This document shows, piece by piece, positions 12,501 through 21,007 of a DNA stretch of 48,041 nt. The stretch comes from Chloroflexota bacterium (lineage in GTDB: Bacteria > Chloroflexota > Dehalococcoidia > E44-bin15). Position numbers and translations under genes: made by a program. Numbering within the stretch: position 1 is the stretch's first letter; the number at the start of each line of letters is the position of its first letter. Under the pieces are notes generated by a model. That model made no database searches. It was not told the DNA's origin and was given only the letters and a program-made list of their open reading frames with translations. The stretch is taken from NCBI GenBank assembly GCA_034189695.1, contig JAXHUA010000165.1, positions 1-48,041 of the forward strand, written 5' to 3'.

Positions 12501-13039
12501 TGGTCGACCTGGGCAACCGGGTGGGGCAAATCGATCCCGAGGACGGCAGCGCCGCGCCTGGGGGCCTGCTTGGGCGCGTGCTTGCGTCGAAGAATGCCCA
12601 GGGCCTGGATGATGGGGATGGGTGTGCTGTGGTGAGGAGCGTAGCCATGAAGGAGACGGCGGGCATCTTCATCATGACCGGCGATGCCGAGGGTCTGGTA
12701 GAGGAGCAACTGGTGAACGGAGTGGCCGCCGCGGCCAGGGCACTGGCCTACGTTGGCCGGGGTGTGGTGAGTCCGCGGACCAGCGCGGTAACCATTGACA
12801 GCAAGCTTTGCCGCGGGTGCGGCGATTGCGCCGCAATATGTCCGTATATCGAAATGAAGGAGCGTGGTAACGGTCTGTTCTATGCCTGCGTAGACCCGGG
12901 GTTGTGTCTCGGATGTGGGGCGTGCGTCGGGCGCTGTCCCACCGGGGCGATTCATCAGTCGGTCGAGAGCAACGAGCAGATAGTGGCTACCCTGAAAGGG
13001 CTGATGTTGGAGAGTCCAGAGCCGGTTGTGGCGACATGA
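9500..13039 (+). CDS. HdrL-like protein: degenerate HdrA modules around an intact GltD/NfnB-type NAD(P)H flavoprotein domain, plus ferredoxin domains
   Basis: N-terminal VIGGG and CVGCGRCEAAC. GltD-like APCRASCP..GRVCTHPCE, VGSGPAG, GIPRFRLP, VIGGGNSAVDAAR, FAGGD, EAKRCLNC. Then HdrA-N-like LCQCG..ANIREQCAWVH and a C-terminal 2x[4Fe-4S]. GTG 9500 with GAGGT RBS. Confidence 0.8.
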   Translation: MSRGVAVIGGGVSAAQAALTLAEMGVEVKVVTSSATLGWGDGCGGASLVSPEERLVVWPLLLRAATHPLVTLYTNAEVTAVAGKRGRLTVRATRRPRYVRENACVGCGRCEAACSVQVPVVVDGQRVLRSAIRAPVVHCKTAPSAYFIEKDGVAPCRASCPLGINVQGFVSLLSKGKVDEALTLIHEAAPLAGVLGRVCTHPCEDSCKRVEVDDPVYIQGLHRYAADNASSDVVYGRKVPVGTKREKVAIVGSGPAGLAAGWELARRGYRPTIFEQHAVVGGMLATGIPRFRLPWEVRYKEVEMIRALGVDIKTGVTVGRDVTISDLRERKYRAFFLGIGAHENYRLGIGGEHLEGVVDAMSLLFALNLRVGASVGSSVVVIGGGNSAVDAARIANRRSKGRVRVLCIWKEMTAVKEDVEDAIKEGVQIDYETAPVEILGDGGKVTGVRCQRTVGGDMSPENFRLPRPIPGTDFVIDADQVVVAIGQRPNTTVLNMKWLDVDGDSAIIRVDPLTLETNTPGVFAGGDCITGSNNVVSAVAAGLRAADSIDRYLRGRDMRKGRSLEKPAAVDIDVRNRDVLYYKRARMPGIPISKRRGNYEETALGLPADAAEREAKRCLNCATCSECMECERVCELGAVFHGDWMQQVDVPAEIVIDCAETGERGWAGGAGGEVQQGDLPQTAASGIYRLQIADDLDVGGRLARASAIAFEVAGELTVKEGPQLPGADFSVAPAASSRRSSSDGPTAKVGGTRVGVVLCQCGGSVSSVVDFERVTAEVERLPTVCVVETLSQACSEDGAHAVGALMDEWNLERVVLAACRCCGLEQMCYSCADRRVLCYQNLSRVLGEEGAGAVEFANIREQCAWVHQDDVEGATVAATGIVTAGVARAGRACTPVTAERPVVANVVVLGAGLCGLAAARSLVMRGCSVEVVDGPRSARDEMGDSNGYLAKRDDLLRELGERGVLVRPWPGRLELGGSCGSHEVVLENGRDSVCLTAGAVMVDLGNRVGQIDPEDGSAAPGGLLGRVLASKNAQGLDDGDGCAVVRSVAMKETAGIFIMTGDAEGLVEEQLVNGVAAAARALAYVGRGVVSPRTSAVTIDSKLCRGCGDCAAICPYIEMKERGNGLFYACVDPGLCLGCGACVGRCPTGAIHQSVESNEQIVATLKGLMLESPEPVVAT

Positions 13040-13449
13040 ATGGTCGAATGGGACAGGTGATCGTATTCGCCTGCAACTGGGACGGCCTGAGCTGTGTCGA
13101 GGCGGCGGCGGTCGCTGGCCTGAGCTATCCAGCTTCGGTCAAGGTGGTGCGGGTGAGCTGCCTGTCGCGACTGGACCAGGGGCTGATCCTGAAGGCTTTC
13201 GAGCTGGGGGCAGATGGAGTGATGCTCGTGGGATGTGAAGCGGGGGAGTGCCACTTCGATACCGATCCCGAGCTGGTTGACCGGGAGTATGAGAAAGTGC
13301 GGCAGGTGTTGCGGCTTCTGGGATTGGGGGCGGACAGGCTGGCTCTGGTGCGCCTGCCGCGGGGCCACGGCGAGGAGTTTGCCACGCGTGTAACCGAGTT
13401 CGCGATTGAGGTCGAGCGGATGCAGCCCGCACTGGTGCGGGGGCAGTAG
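13036..13449 (+). CDS. mvhD: MvhD/FlpD-like [2Fe-2S] subunit
   Basis: FACNWDGLSC, VRVSCLSR, AFELGADGV..GC...ECH. ATGA overlap with the upstream gene. Confidence 0.85.
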   Translation: MNGRMGQVIVFACNWDGLSCVEAAAVAGLSYPASVKVVRVSCLSRLDQGLILKAFELGADGVMLVGCEAGECHFDTDPELVDREYEKVRQVLRLLGLGADRLALVRLPRGHGEEFATRVTEFAIEVERMQPALVRGQ

Positions 13450-13518
13450 AGCGGTCACAGGCGTGACTGGTGGCGATGTCATTGCCGGGACGTTTGAGAG
13501 AAGAGAAGGGGCGACACC

Positions 13519-14655
13519 TTGTCTAGCATAGAGCAGGAGATACGGGATACCAGGGCAAGCCTGTGCCTGGACTGCGGCAAGTGCACCGTGGTGTGCCCGG
13601 TGGCCCAGTTCGATTCGAGTTTCAATCCCCGTCTCATCGTGCAGAGAAGGCTCGGGCCTGACGGCAGCGCGGGCGACGACGATTCCGTCTGGTCGTGCGT
13701 GAGCTGCTATATGTGTACTGAGCGGTGCAACTACCACGTGCGATTCCCGGAGTTCATACAGGCGATGAGGTCGGAGGCGCTGGAGAACGGGGCAGAGTTG
13801 CAGTGTGCGCACGGGGGAACGATGCAGGCACTGATGCACATGATGGCCGATGGGAACGTGCAACAGGACCGACTCGGCTGGCTGCCGCAGGATGTGGAGG
13901 TGGCGAGCGGGTGTGGCACCGTGTTCTTCGTGGGCTGCGCCCCGTATTTCGATGTAGTGTTCAGCGACCTGGGGGTCAACACGCTGGAAGGGGTGAAGGG
14001 CGCGCTGAGGCTGTTGAATCGGGCCGGGATACCCTTTGATCTTCTGGCCAACGAGCGGTGCTGTGGCCGGGACCTGTTGCTGCAGGGCGACAGGGAGGGG
14101 TTCGCCGCCCTGGCGCGGGCAAACATGGAGGAGTTCTCCCGCCAGGGGGTGAAGAGGGTGATCACCGGCTGTCCCGAGGGCTGTCATACGATGAGGGTGG
14201 ACTATCCGCGGGTGCTGGGCGCAGTGGGTGTGGAAGTGCTGCATGTAACTGAGGTGATAGCGCCGCTGGTGGAGAGCGGCGAGCTGCGTCTGGGCGGCAT
14301 GGAGAAGAAGGTCACCTACCACGACCCGTGTACGCTGGGCAGATGCCTGAGGGTTTTCGACCAGCCGCGGCAGGTCCTCGAAGGAATCGCTGGCGTGGAA
14401 GTGGTGGAGATGGAGCAGAGCCGGGAGAAGGCGCTGTGCTGCGGTTCCAGTCCGTGGGCGTTCTGTGGGGTGGTGAACCGCCAGATACAGGAGCAGCGTC
14501 TAGCCCAGGCGGGGGCTACAGGGGCTGAGGTCCTGGTGACCGCCTGCCCCAAGTGTCAGATACATCTCAAGTGCGCTCAGAGGAGCGGGGACGGCGAAGG
14601 GACGGGGATGGAGATACAGGATCTGGCGTCGCTCGCAGCCGGCTCGCTAGACTAG
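13519..14655 (+). CDS. HdrD/GlpC-like Fe-S oxidoreductase (2x[4Fe-4S] plus two CCG domains)
   Basis: CLDCGKCTVVCP, CVSCYMCTERC, ERCCG, YHDPCTLGR, LCCG, TACPKC. Confidence 0.88.
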   Translation: MSSIEQEIRDTRASLCLDCGKCTVVCPVAQFDSSFNPRLIVQRRLGPDGSAGDDDSVWSCVSCYMCTERCNYHVRFPEFIQAMRSEALENGAELQCAHGGTMQALMHMMADGNVQQDRLGWLPQDVEVASGCGTVFFVGCAPYFDVVFSDLGVNTLEGVKGALRLLNRAGIPFDLLANERCCGRDLLLQGDREGFAALARANMEEFSRQGVKRVITGCPEGCHTMRVDYPRVLGAVGVEVLHVTEVIAPLVESGELRLGGMEKKVTYHDPCTLGRCLRVFDQPRQVLEGIAGVEVVEMEQSREKALCCGSSPWAFCGVVNRQIQEQRLAQAGATGAEVLVTACPKCQIHLKCAQRSGDGEGTGMEIQDLASLAAGSLD

Positions 14656-14667
14656 GAGGTTAGTCGG

Positions 14668-17133
14668 TTGGTTGAAGAGGAATTGAGAATCGGAGTGTTC
14701 GTCTGCGACTGCGGACTGAACATAGCGGGGTCGGTCGACACTGAGGAGGTGCGCGGTTTCGCCGAGGGGCTGCCCGGCGTGGTGGTGGCGGTGCGGAACA
14801 AGTACACCTGCGCTGACCCAGGTCAGGAGGAGATCAAGAAGCACGTCAGGGAGCACCGGCTGAATCGCGTGGTGGTGGCGTCCTGCACGCCGAGACTCCA
14901 CGAGAGCACCTTCCGCAACTGTGTGGCCGAGGCGGGACTGAACCCGTACCTGATGGAGATGGTCAGCATCAGGGAGCAGTGCAGCTGGGTGCATCTTCAC
15001 GACCGGGAGACGGCCACCGAGAAGGCCAAGGACATCATCAAGGTGGCCGTGGCCCGCGCCCGCCTGCTGGAGCCGCAGCAGGAGATGGAGATACCGGTCA
15101 CCGATGCCGCCCTGGTGATCGGTGGCGGGGTGGCTGGAATCCAGACCGCCCTCGACCTGGCTGATGGCGGGCACCAGGTGTATCTGGTGGAAAAGGAGCC
15201 GTCCATCGGGGGGATAATGGCCCAGATAGACAAGACTTTCCCTACCATGGACTGTTCCATCTGCGTGCTCGGCCCCAAGATGATGGACGCGGGCCGGCAC
15301 CCGCTCATCACGCTGTATGCCTACAGCGAGGTCGAGGAGGTTTCGGGGTACGTGGGCAACTTCAAGGTGAAAGTGCGCCGCAAGGCGCGATACATCGACG
15401 AGACGGAGTGCACGGCCTGCGGCGACTGCGCCTCGGTGTGCCCGGTCATCATACCCGACGAGTTCCAGGGGGGCTTCTCGTCACGGAAAGCGGCGTACAT
15501 TCCTTTTCCCCAGGCCGTGCCGTCGGCATACCTCATCGACATGGGGCATTGCCTGGGCAACAACCCGATAGCGTGCGACAAGTGCGTGGACGCCTGCGAG
15601 AAGCAGTGCATCAATCTCAATATGGAGGACGAGGTCGTCGAGCTCGATGTGGGGACCATCGTGGTGGCCACGGGCATGGGGATATACGACCCGACCGCCC
15701 TCGACGAGTACGGGTATACGCGATTCGAGAATGTCGTCACCAGCATCGAGTTCGAGAGGCTGATATGCGGCGGCGGGCCGACCGACGGGCACCTGGTGCG
15801 GCCGTCGGACCGCAAGACGCCGAAGCGTATCGGCTTCATACAGTGCGTCGGCTCGCGCACGGAGAACCGGGGCAACCCCTACTGCTCCAACGTGTGCTGC
15901 ATGAACACCATCAAGGACAGCCTGCTTATCAAAGAGCACCACCCGGATGCGGAGATCTATGTCTTCTACATGGACATCCGTGCCTTCGGGAAGGGATTCG
16001 AGGACCTGTTCCGTCGCTCCAAGGAGAGCGGCGTGCACTACATTCGCGGCCTGCCGGGCGATGTCAGCGAGGACCCGGACACCAGGAACCTGCTGGTGAA
16101 GGTGGAGAACACCACGGCGCTGCGCATCGAGGAGTACGACCTGGACATGGTGGTCCTGTCCGTGGGTCTGCAGGCGAACGATGACCTGAGACAGTTGACC
16201 CAGATGCTCAATATCAGCCAGACCGGCGACGGCTTCGTGATGGAGGCCCATCCCAAGCTGAGGCCGGTCGACGCGCCCACGCCGGGGATATTCTTCGCTG
16301 GCTCGGTCGAGGCGCCCAAGGACATCAAGGACAGCGTTACCCAGGCGGGGGCGGCCGCCGCTCGCAGCTCGATCATTCTTAACTCGGGCGTGCTGAGGAT
16401 GGAGGCGATCAAGGCGGTGGTGGACCTGGACAGGTGCACGTCGTGCGGCGTGTGCGCTCGTGTATGTCCCTTCGGGGCGATCACCGTGGATGTCAAGGGG
16501 AAGGGTGGGGCGCAAGTCGTGGCCGCGGCGTGCGCCGGCTGCGGCGCCTGTGCCGCCGAGTGCCGCTTCGACGCCATACGCATGCAGCACTTCAGCGACG
16601 AGCAGATAGAGGCCCAGGTGGACGCGGCCTTGGAGGAGAAGCCGGAGAGCAAGATCGTCAGCTTCCTGTGCAACTGGTGCAGCTATGCTGGAGGCGATCT
16701 GGCCGGCGTATCGAGGCTGCAGTATCCGCCCAACAACCGCTTCATCCGGGTGATGTGCAGCGGCCGGGTGGGCGAGAAGTTCATCCTTCGCGCCTTCGAA
16801 GAGGGGGCGGCGGTGGTGCTGCTGTCGGGCTGCCACATCAACGATTGTCATTACATATCGGCCAACCACTGGACGAAGCGCCGCGCCGAGCGGCTGTGGC
16901 GGCTCATGGAGAGGCTGGGCATCCGTGCGGAGCGGCTCCGGCTGGAGTGGATCAGCGCTGCGGAGGGGGCACGCTTCGCCGAGATCATGCGCGAGCTGGA
17001 AGAGCTGCGGAAGACGGTCACTGCGGAGGAGATCGAGCACACGAAGAGGGTGCTCGAGGAGCGGAGGCGGGCGAAGGAGGCACAGGTACGAGACGGCGAG
17101 GAGCCGGTATCGGCTGAGGTTGAGAGCGCCTGA
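14668..17133 (+). CDS. hdrA: Heterodisulfide reductase subunit A fused to a C-terminal MvhD domain
   Basis: 821 aa. FVCDCGLNIAG, SIREQCSWVH, IGGGVAG, DKTFPTMDC, IQCVGSR..YCSNVCC, HPKLRPV, then MvhD FLCNWCSY..RVMCSGR..GCHINDCHY. Confidence 0.95.
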   Translation: MVEEELRIGVFVCDCGLNIAGSVDTEEVRGFAEGLPGVVVAVRNKYTCADPGQEEIKKHVREHRLNRVVVASCTPRLHESTFRNCVAEAGLNPYLMEMVSIREQCSWVHLHDRETATEKAKDIIKVAVARARLLEPQQEMEIPVTDAALVIGGGVAGIQTALDLADGGHQVYLVEKEPSIGGIMAQIDKTFPTMDCSICVLGPKMMDAGRHPLITLYAYSEVEEVSGYVGNFKVKVRRKARYIDETECTACGDCASVCPVIIPDEFQGGFSSRKAAYIPFPQAVPSAYLIDMGHCLGNNPIACDKCVDACEKQCINLNMEDEVVELDVGTIVVATGMGIYDPTALDEYGYTRFENVVTSIEFERLICGGGPTDGHLVRPSDRKTPKRIGFIQCVGSRTENRGNPYCSNVCCMNTIKDSLLIKEHHPDAEIYVFYMDIRAFGKGFEDLFRRSKESGVHYIRGLPGDVSEDPDTRNLLVKVENTTALRIEEYDLDMVVLSVGLQANDDLRQLTQMLNISQTGDGFVMEAHPKLRPVDAPTPGIFFAGSVEAPKDIKDSVTQAGAAAARSSIILNSGVLRMEAIKAVVDLDRCTSCGVCARVCPFGAITVDVKGKGGAQVVAAACAGCGACAAECRFDAIRMQHFSDEQIEAQVDAALEEKPESKIVSFLCNWCSYAGGDLAGVSRLQYPPNNRFIRVMCSGRVGEKFILRAFEEGAAVVLLSGCHINDCHYISANHWTKRRAERLWRLMERLGIRAERLRLEWISAAEGARFAEIMRELEELRKTVTAEEIEHTKRVLEERRRAKEAQVRDGEEPVSAEVESA

Positions 17134-17158
17134 CCCGGATATGCGTCTTGGTGGGGGG

Positions 17159-17241
17159 TGAAGCCTTGCGAGATGTGGCAGGGGCGGGTCTCGCCTGGTT
17201 TCAAGTGTGACCGGTCGCTGAGTGCCTCCTCTCTTTTTTTT
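17159..17241 (+). terminator. Possible terminator region after the hdr operon
   Basis: Imperfect stem TGAAGCC..GCGAGAT / GTCTCGC..GGTTTCA (17159-17203) and a T8 run (17234-17241). The two are not directly adjacent. Confidence 0.3.
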
Positions 17242-17249
17242 GGGTGTAG

Positions 17250-17267
17250 CTACACGTAAACGTGTAG
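17250..17267. promoter_or_regulatory. Palindrome with perfect 8-bp arms, candidate operator
   Basis: CTACACGT-AA-ACGTGTAG immediately upstream of the DUF2851 gene. Related copies at 5898 and 24461. Confidence 0.65.
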
Positions 17268-17279
17268 GTGGTGTTGTGT

Positions 17280-18455
17280 ATGGAGGGGATAACGGAGAGC
17301 ATGGTGTGCCGCGTCTGGCAGGGCCGCGCGCTGCGGGGGAGGTGGCTGGTGATGGCGGACGGGCGATGGGTGCGTGTTGTGCATCCGGGCCGGCCGAATC
17401 CCGTTGCCGGTCCCGACTTCCACCACGCCATCGTGGCGACGGCTGGGGGCGAGGCCCGTGGTGACGTGGAGGTCCACGTGCGCTCAAGCTCGTGGCGGCA
17501 CCACGGGCATCATCGCGACCCGCAGTACAACGGGGTGATCCTCCACGTAGTGATGTGGGACGACGCGCCGGGGCGCACCGTGCGCGCCGACGGCGCCAGC
17601 GTGCCGGTGGTGGCGCTGCATCCGTACGTGGAGGTGACGGGCGCCGCGGCGATGGTGGCGGCGAGGGAGCGCTGCTGGAACGCGGCGAGATGGCTGGGTG
17701 TGGAGGGGATGGGACGGGTGCTCGACCGGGCCGGCGATGAGCGGTTTCGGGCGAAGGCAGGTCGTTTCGGCGACAGGCTGAAGGCGTGTGGGGCGGACCA
17801 GGCGGTGTACGAGGGGTTGATGCGGGCCCTGGGGTACGGGGGAAACGGTCGGGCCTTCGAGGCGCTGGCCAGGCGGGTGCCGTTGCAGGTGCTGGAGGAG
17901 TGCGCCGTGGCCGGCGGGTCGAGCGCAGTGGAAAGGGAGCTTGGGCGAGCGCTGGATGCCGGGGCTGGTGGACTGCCGTGGCGACGGTGCGGCATAAGGC
18001 CGGCCAACATGCCGTCGCGGCGCATCGCCGCCGCTGCGCCTCTGCTGGCGCGGTACGTGGGACGGGGTGGGCTGGGCCAGGGGCTGGCGTCGCTGGTGCG
18101 ACAGGCGGACGTGACGCGCGGGTATCGGGGGATTGAGGACGCTGTGATGGTGAGAGAGCCCGGGTCCGGCGCGTCGATTGGGAGGGGCAGGGCCCGCGAG
18201 ATGGTGGTGAACGTGCTGCTGCCGTTCTCATTTGCCCGGGAGGGGGCCGGCGCGCCGGGGGCATGGCATGCTCTGGAGCTGTACTGGAGCTATCCCCGGC
18301 TGGGGGAGAACCACATCACGCGGCACATGATGGAGCAGATAAACGTGGGGTCGTGGCTGGTGGGGTCGGCGAGACGCCAGCAGGGGCTGCTCCACCTGTA
18401 CCACAACCATTGTCTTGAGGGGGGCTGCGCCGCATGTCCGCTCACGCCAGCCTGA
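17280..18455 (+). CDS. DUF2851 family protein
   Basis: [56 protein letters not shown]...C..GGC..CP. Confidence 0.88.
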   Translation: MEGITESMVCRVWQGRALRGRWLVMADGRWVRVVHPGRPNPVAGPDFHHAIVATAGGEARGDVEVHVRSSSWRHHGHHRDPQYNGVILHVVMWDDAPGRTVRADGASVPVVALHPYVEVTGAAAMVAARERCWNAARWLGVEGMGRVLDRAGDERFRAKAGRFGDRLKACGADQAVYEGLMRALGYGGNGRAFEALARRVPLQVLEECAVAGGSSAVERELGRALDAGAGGLPWRRCGIRPANMPSRRIAAAAPLLARYVGRGGLGQGLASLVRQADVTRGYRGIEDAVMVREPGSGASIGRGRAREMVVNVLLPFSFAREGAGAPGAWHALELYWSYPRLGENHITRHMMEQINVGSWLVGSARRQQGLLHLYHNHCLEGGCAACPLTPA

Positions 18456-19422
18456 GGTTGGGGAGAACGTCGAGGTCCCAGCCGGAGACCTCGCCTGCCC
18501 TGAGACGGAAGCAGGCGCAGGCGGCGGTCATGGCGGCATTGTCGGTACACAGGATGGGGCTGGGGATGCTCAGCGGCAGCGGTGAGCGCTGTGCTACGGC
18601 CTGGCGAAGGGCCTGATTGGAGGCCACGCCGCCGCAGAGAAGGATGTGACGCGCGTCCGTCCTGAGGGCGGCATCCATGGTCTTGGTGGCCAGGACATCG
18701 ACCACCGACTCCTGAAAGCTGGCGGCGACATCGCTGGCGGATATGCCGTCCGTCTCCTGAACGAGGTGGAGCGTCGCCGTCTTCAGGCCGCTGAAGCTGA
18801 AGTCGTCGGTGCCCTTGAGCCAGGCTCGGGGCAGAGGGTAGCGTGCCGCGTCGCCGTGGCGGGCCGCCTGCTCAATGGCCGGACCGCCGGGGTAGCCGAG
18901 GCCGAGGATGCGGGCTACCTTGTCGAACGCCTCGCCCGCGGCATCGTCCCTGGTCCGGCCCAAGGGCTGATAGTCCCCATGCCCCTTCATCAGCAGCAGG
19001 TCGGTGTGTCCGCCGGAGACAATGAGGCACAGAGCGGGGAACTGCGGCTCGGGGCCCTCGAGCCAGTTGGCGTAGATGTGGGCCTCCAGGTGGTTCACGC
19101 CGATGATGGGCAGGTGCTGCGCCATGGCGACGGCCTTGGCCAGGTTCGCCCCCACCAGGAGGGAGCCGGCCAGGCCGGGCCCCACGGTGACGGCAATCGC
19201 ATCCAGGCCGCTCCACGTCGCTCCAGCCTGCGACATGGCGCTCTGAAGGATGGGGATGATGGCCAGCAGGTGCTGGCGAGACGCCACCTCGGGGACCACC
19301 CCTCCGTAGCGGGAGTGGATGTCGACCTGCGACGCGATAACGTTGGACAGGATGTGCGTGCCGTTCTCAACCACTGCGGCGGCCGTCTCGTCGCACGAGG
19401 TCTCGATGCCCAGAACCCTCAT
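18442..19422 (-). CDS. tsaD: tRNA N6-adenosine threonylcarbamoyltransferase TsaD
   Basis: [59 protein letters not shown]. Confidence 0.98.
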   Translation of the reverse strand: MRVLGIETSCDETAAAVVENGTHILSNVIASQVDIHSRYGGVVPEVASRQHLLAIIPILQSAMSQAGATWSGLDAIAVTVGPGLAGSLLVGANLAKAVAMAQHLPIIGVNHLEAHIYANWLEGPEPQFPALCLIVSGGHTDLLLMKGHGDYQPLGRTRDDAAGEAFDKVARILGLGYPGGPAIEQAARHGDAARYPLPRAWLKGTDDFSFSGLKTATLHLVQETDGISASDVAASFQESVVDVLATKTMDAALRTDARHILLCGGVASNQALRQAVAQRSPLPLSIPSPILCTDNAAMTAACACFRLRAGEVSGWDLDVLPNLRLA

Positions 19423-19445
19423 CCGTAGTTCCCCCTCTGGTGAGC

Positions 19446-19474
19446 ACTATAGCAAATGGGCGTCAGGGTGTAAA
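19446..19474 (-). promoter_or_regulatory. sigma70 promoter of tsaD
   Basis: Minus strand TTTACA, 17 bp, TATAGT with a TG extension. Confidence 0.65.
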
Positions 19475-19507
19475 ACGGGGCTGCGGTTCCAGGGGGAGGG
19501 GGTGTGG

Positions 19508-19717
19508 CTACCGGCCCGGGCCGTAACTGGGCGTGGGGAAGATGCGGCGGTACATGCGGCAGCGCTCGTTGGCGCAGGACCAACCGACGGTCCTGGAGAA
19601 GAGGAACAGCCTCCTGGCGCGCCTGGGATACACGTTCGGCGAGCCACAGTAGGGGCACAGGGGGCGGCCCCGTGGCTGCCTCCGTGCGGCGGCGTATTCC
19701 TCCTCCCTCTTGGGCAT
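19508..19717 (-). CDS. Small basic zinc-ribbon protein
   Basis: 69 aa with CPYCGS and WSCANERC. AAGGTGA RBS and its own TTGACG-17-TATGCT promoter. Confidence 0.65.
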   Translation of the reverse strand: MPKREEEYAAARRQPRGRPLCPYCGSPNVYPRRARRLFLFSRTVGWSCANERCRMYRRIFPTPSYGPGR

Positions 19718-19752
19718 CTCTTGTCACCTTCACGGGCCGCGGGCTCACCGGC

Positions 19753-19842
19753 AGCATACCCGGGGTGGGGCGTGGCGTCAACGTCATCCTCGGTTGCCGG
19801 GCCCCCACCGGCGTTGACGGCGGCGGGCGCGACCGGTACAGT
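19753..19842. promoter_or_regulatory. Back-to-back divergent sigma70 promoters
   Basis: Minus strand TTGACG (19781-19776), 17 bp, TATGCT (19758-19753). Plus strand TTGACG (19814-19819), 17 bp, TACAGT (19837-19842). Confidence 0.65.
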
Positions 19843-19886
19843 GGCGTCGACCAATCACGGACGCTCTGGTGGCTGGAGGTGACCCG

Positions 19887-20237
19887 GTGACACGCGAGGA
19901 GTTCCGCGAGTACTGCCTGTCCAAGAAGGGTGTGACCGAGGAGTTCCCCTTCGACATGGCGGTTGCGGTGTTCAAGGTGATGGGGAGGATGTTCGCCCTG
20001 GCGGACGTGGGCTTTACCCGCGTCAACCTCAAGTGCGAGCCACAGAGAGCCATGGAGCTGCGGGAGGCCTACGCCAGCGTTACGCCCGGGTACCACATGA
20101 ACAAGCGGCACTGGAACTCGGTCGCGGTGGACGGCTCAATAGAGGACCGATTGCTGCGTGCCTGGATAGACGATTCGTATGGACTGGTGGTGGGCAAACT
20201 CACCCGGGCGCAGCGGGAGCGCCTCGAGGCTTTGTAG
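19887..20237 (+). CDS. MmcQ/YjbR family DNA-binding protein
   Basis: EEFPF..VFKVMGRMFAL, VNLKCEP, PGYHMNKRHWNSV, IDDSY. GTG after GGAGGT. Confidence 0.93.
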   Translation: MTREEFREYCLSKKGVTEEFPFDMAVAVFKVMGRMFALADVGFTRVNLKCEPQRAMELREAYASVTPGYHMNKRHWNSVAVDGSIEDRLLRAWIDDSYGLVVGKLTRAQRERLEAL

Positions 20238-20352
20238 ACGGTCAGGCATCGAGTGGCTTGGTCCGCCTCGGCGATTCGAGCTTTGTCAGCGTCTAGGGCG
20301 GATACGGCGCCGGTCCGCCGACCGGGCCTTCGGGCCGTGCGGCGACGGTCGA

Positions 20353-20381
20353 TTGACAAGGCAGCTGGAAGTGCCCACAAT
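20353..20381 (+). promoter_or_regulatory. sigma70 promoter for the small Cys-rich gene
   Basis: TTGACA (20353-20358), 17 bp, CACAAT (20376-20381). Confidence 0.6.
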
Positions 20382-20413
20382 GGAGCACGACCGCTGCGCA
20401 AAGGGAGGAGACA

Positions 20414-20680
20414 ATGCCGAGGAGAAGAAGCCATGAGGGTCTGGGGGTCGAGGGCCTGATGGCGGCCAGCGAGGACCAGAAGATGTGTGGTGGCTGCTGC
20501 CGCTTCTCGGCGGCATCCGGGCTGGGGGTGTGCGAGACACTGAAGAGGGGCTCCGACATAGCCGGCACGCCGCCGGTTTTCGTGCTTGAGGGGCTGGCTA
20601 GGTTCGAGACCGACGCCGGCGCCGACGCCAGCAAGTGCCGGTACTTCGAGGGGAAGTCAGAGCTCAGCTTCTCGTGCTGA
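20414..20680 (+). CDS. Small Cys-rich putative Fe-S protein (BssB/BssC/HpdC-like cysteine pattern)
   Basis: 88 aa. CGGCCRF..GLGVC...ASKCRYF. GGAGG RBS and an upstream promoter. Confidence 0.6.
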   Translation: MPRRRSHEGLGVEGLMAASEDQKMCGGCCRFSAASGLGVCETLKRGSDIAGTPPVFVLEGLARFETDAGADASKCRYFEGKSELSFSC

Positions 20681-20891
20681 GCGCTGGTGCTCACCCGGGC
20701 GTGGGCTTGCTGAGTGCCGCGTTTGCCGGTCGGTGCGACTGATGTGAAGGTGAGACCGTGGAGCCGCGCCACGGGAGGGAAAGGCGTCCCTGCACGGGGG
20801 TAGCCGCTGGCTTCGTCTCGAACCGGTGACTGCGGCGCGGCTCTCGAGGGCCGTAGTCACCGCTGTCCGTCCATGCGCTGCTGTCATCGTA

Positions 20892-20970
20892 TTGATTCAG
20901 TCGGCGCTCGAATTTAGAATGATCCTCAACGGGGAGGGCTGAGGTCGGTCAGGCGGCCGTCTCAGCCCTC
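20892..20970 (+). promoter_or_regulatory. Promoter and 5' leader hairpin of the CoA-transferase gene
   Basis: TTGATT, 17 bp, TAGAAT (20892-20920). Perfect 10-bp stem GAGGGCTGAG/CTCAGCCCTC (20934-20970). Confidence 0.6.
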
Positions 20971-21007
20971 GTTCGACAGGATGACGATTGAAAGGAGAGA
21001 AAGGCAG

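Noticed and set aside
15481-18264. 927-aa minus-strand ORF
   Set aside because: Antisense shadow of hdrA and DUF2851. It is Pro/Arg-rich with no motifs, as expected in high-GC DNA.
20675-20720. Cys-TGA followed by a hairpin (possible selenocysteine readthrough)
   Set aside because: The readthrough peptide is unremarkable and hits another TGA within about 11 codons. The hairpin is better explained as a 3' structure. The hdrA and mvhD genes use Cys with no in-frame TGA.
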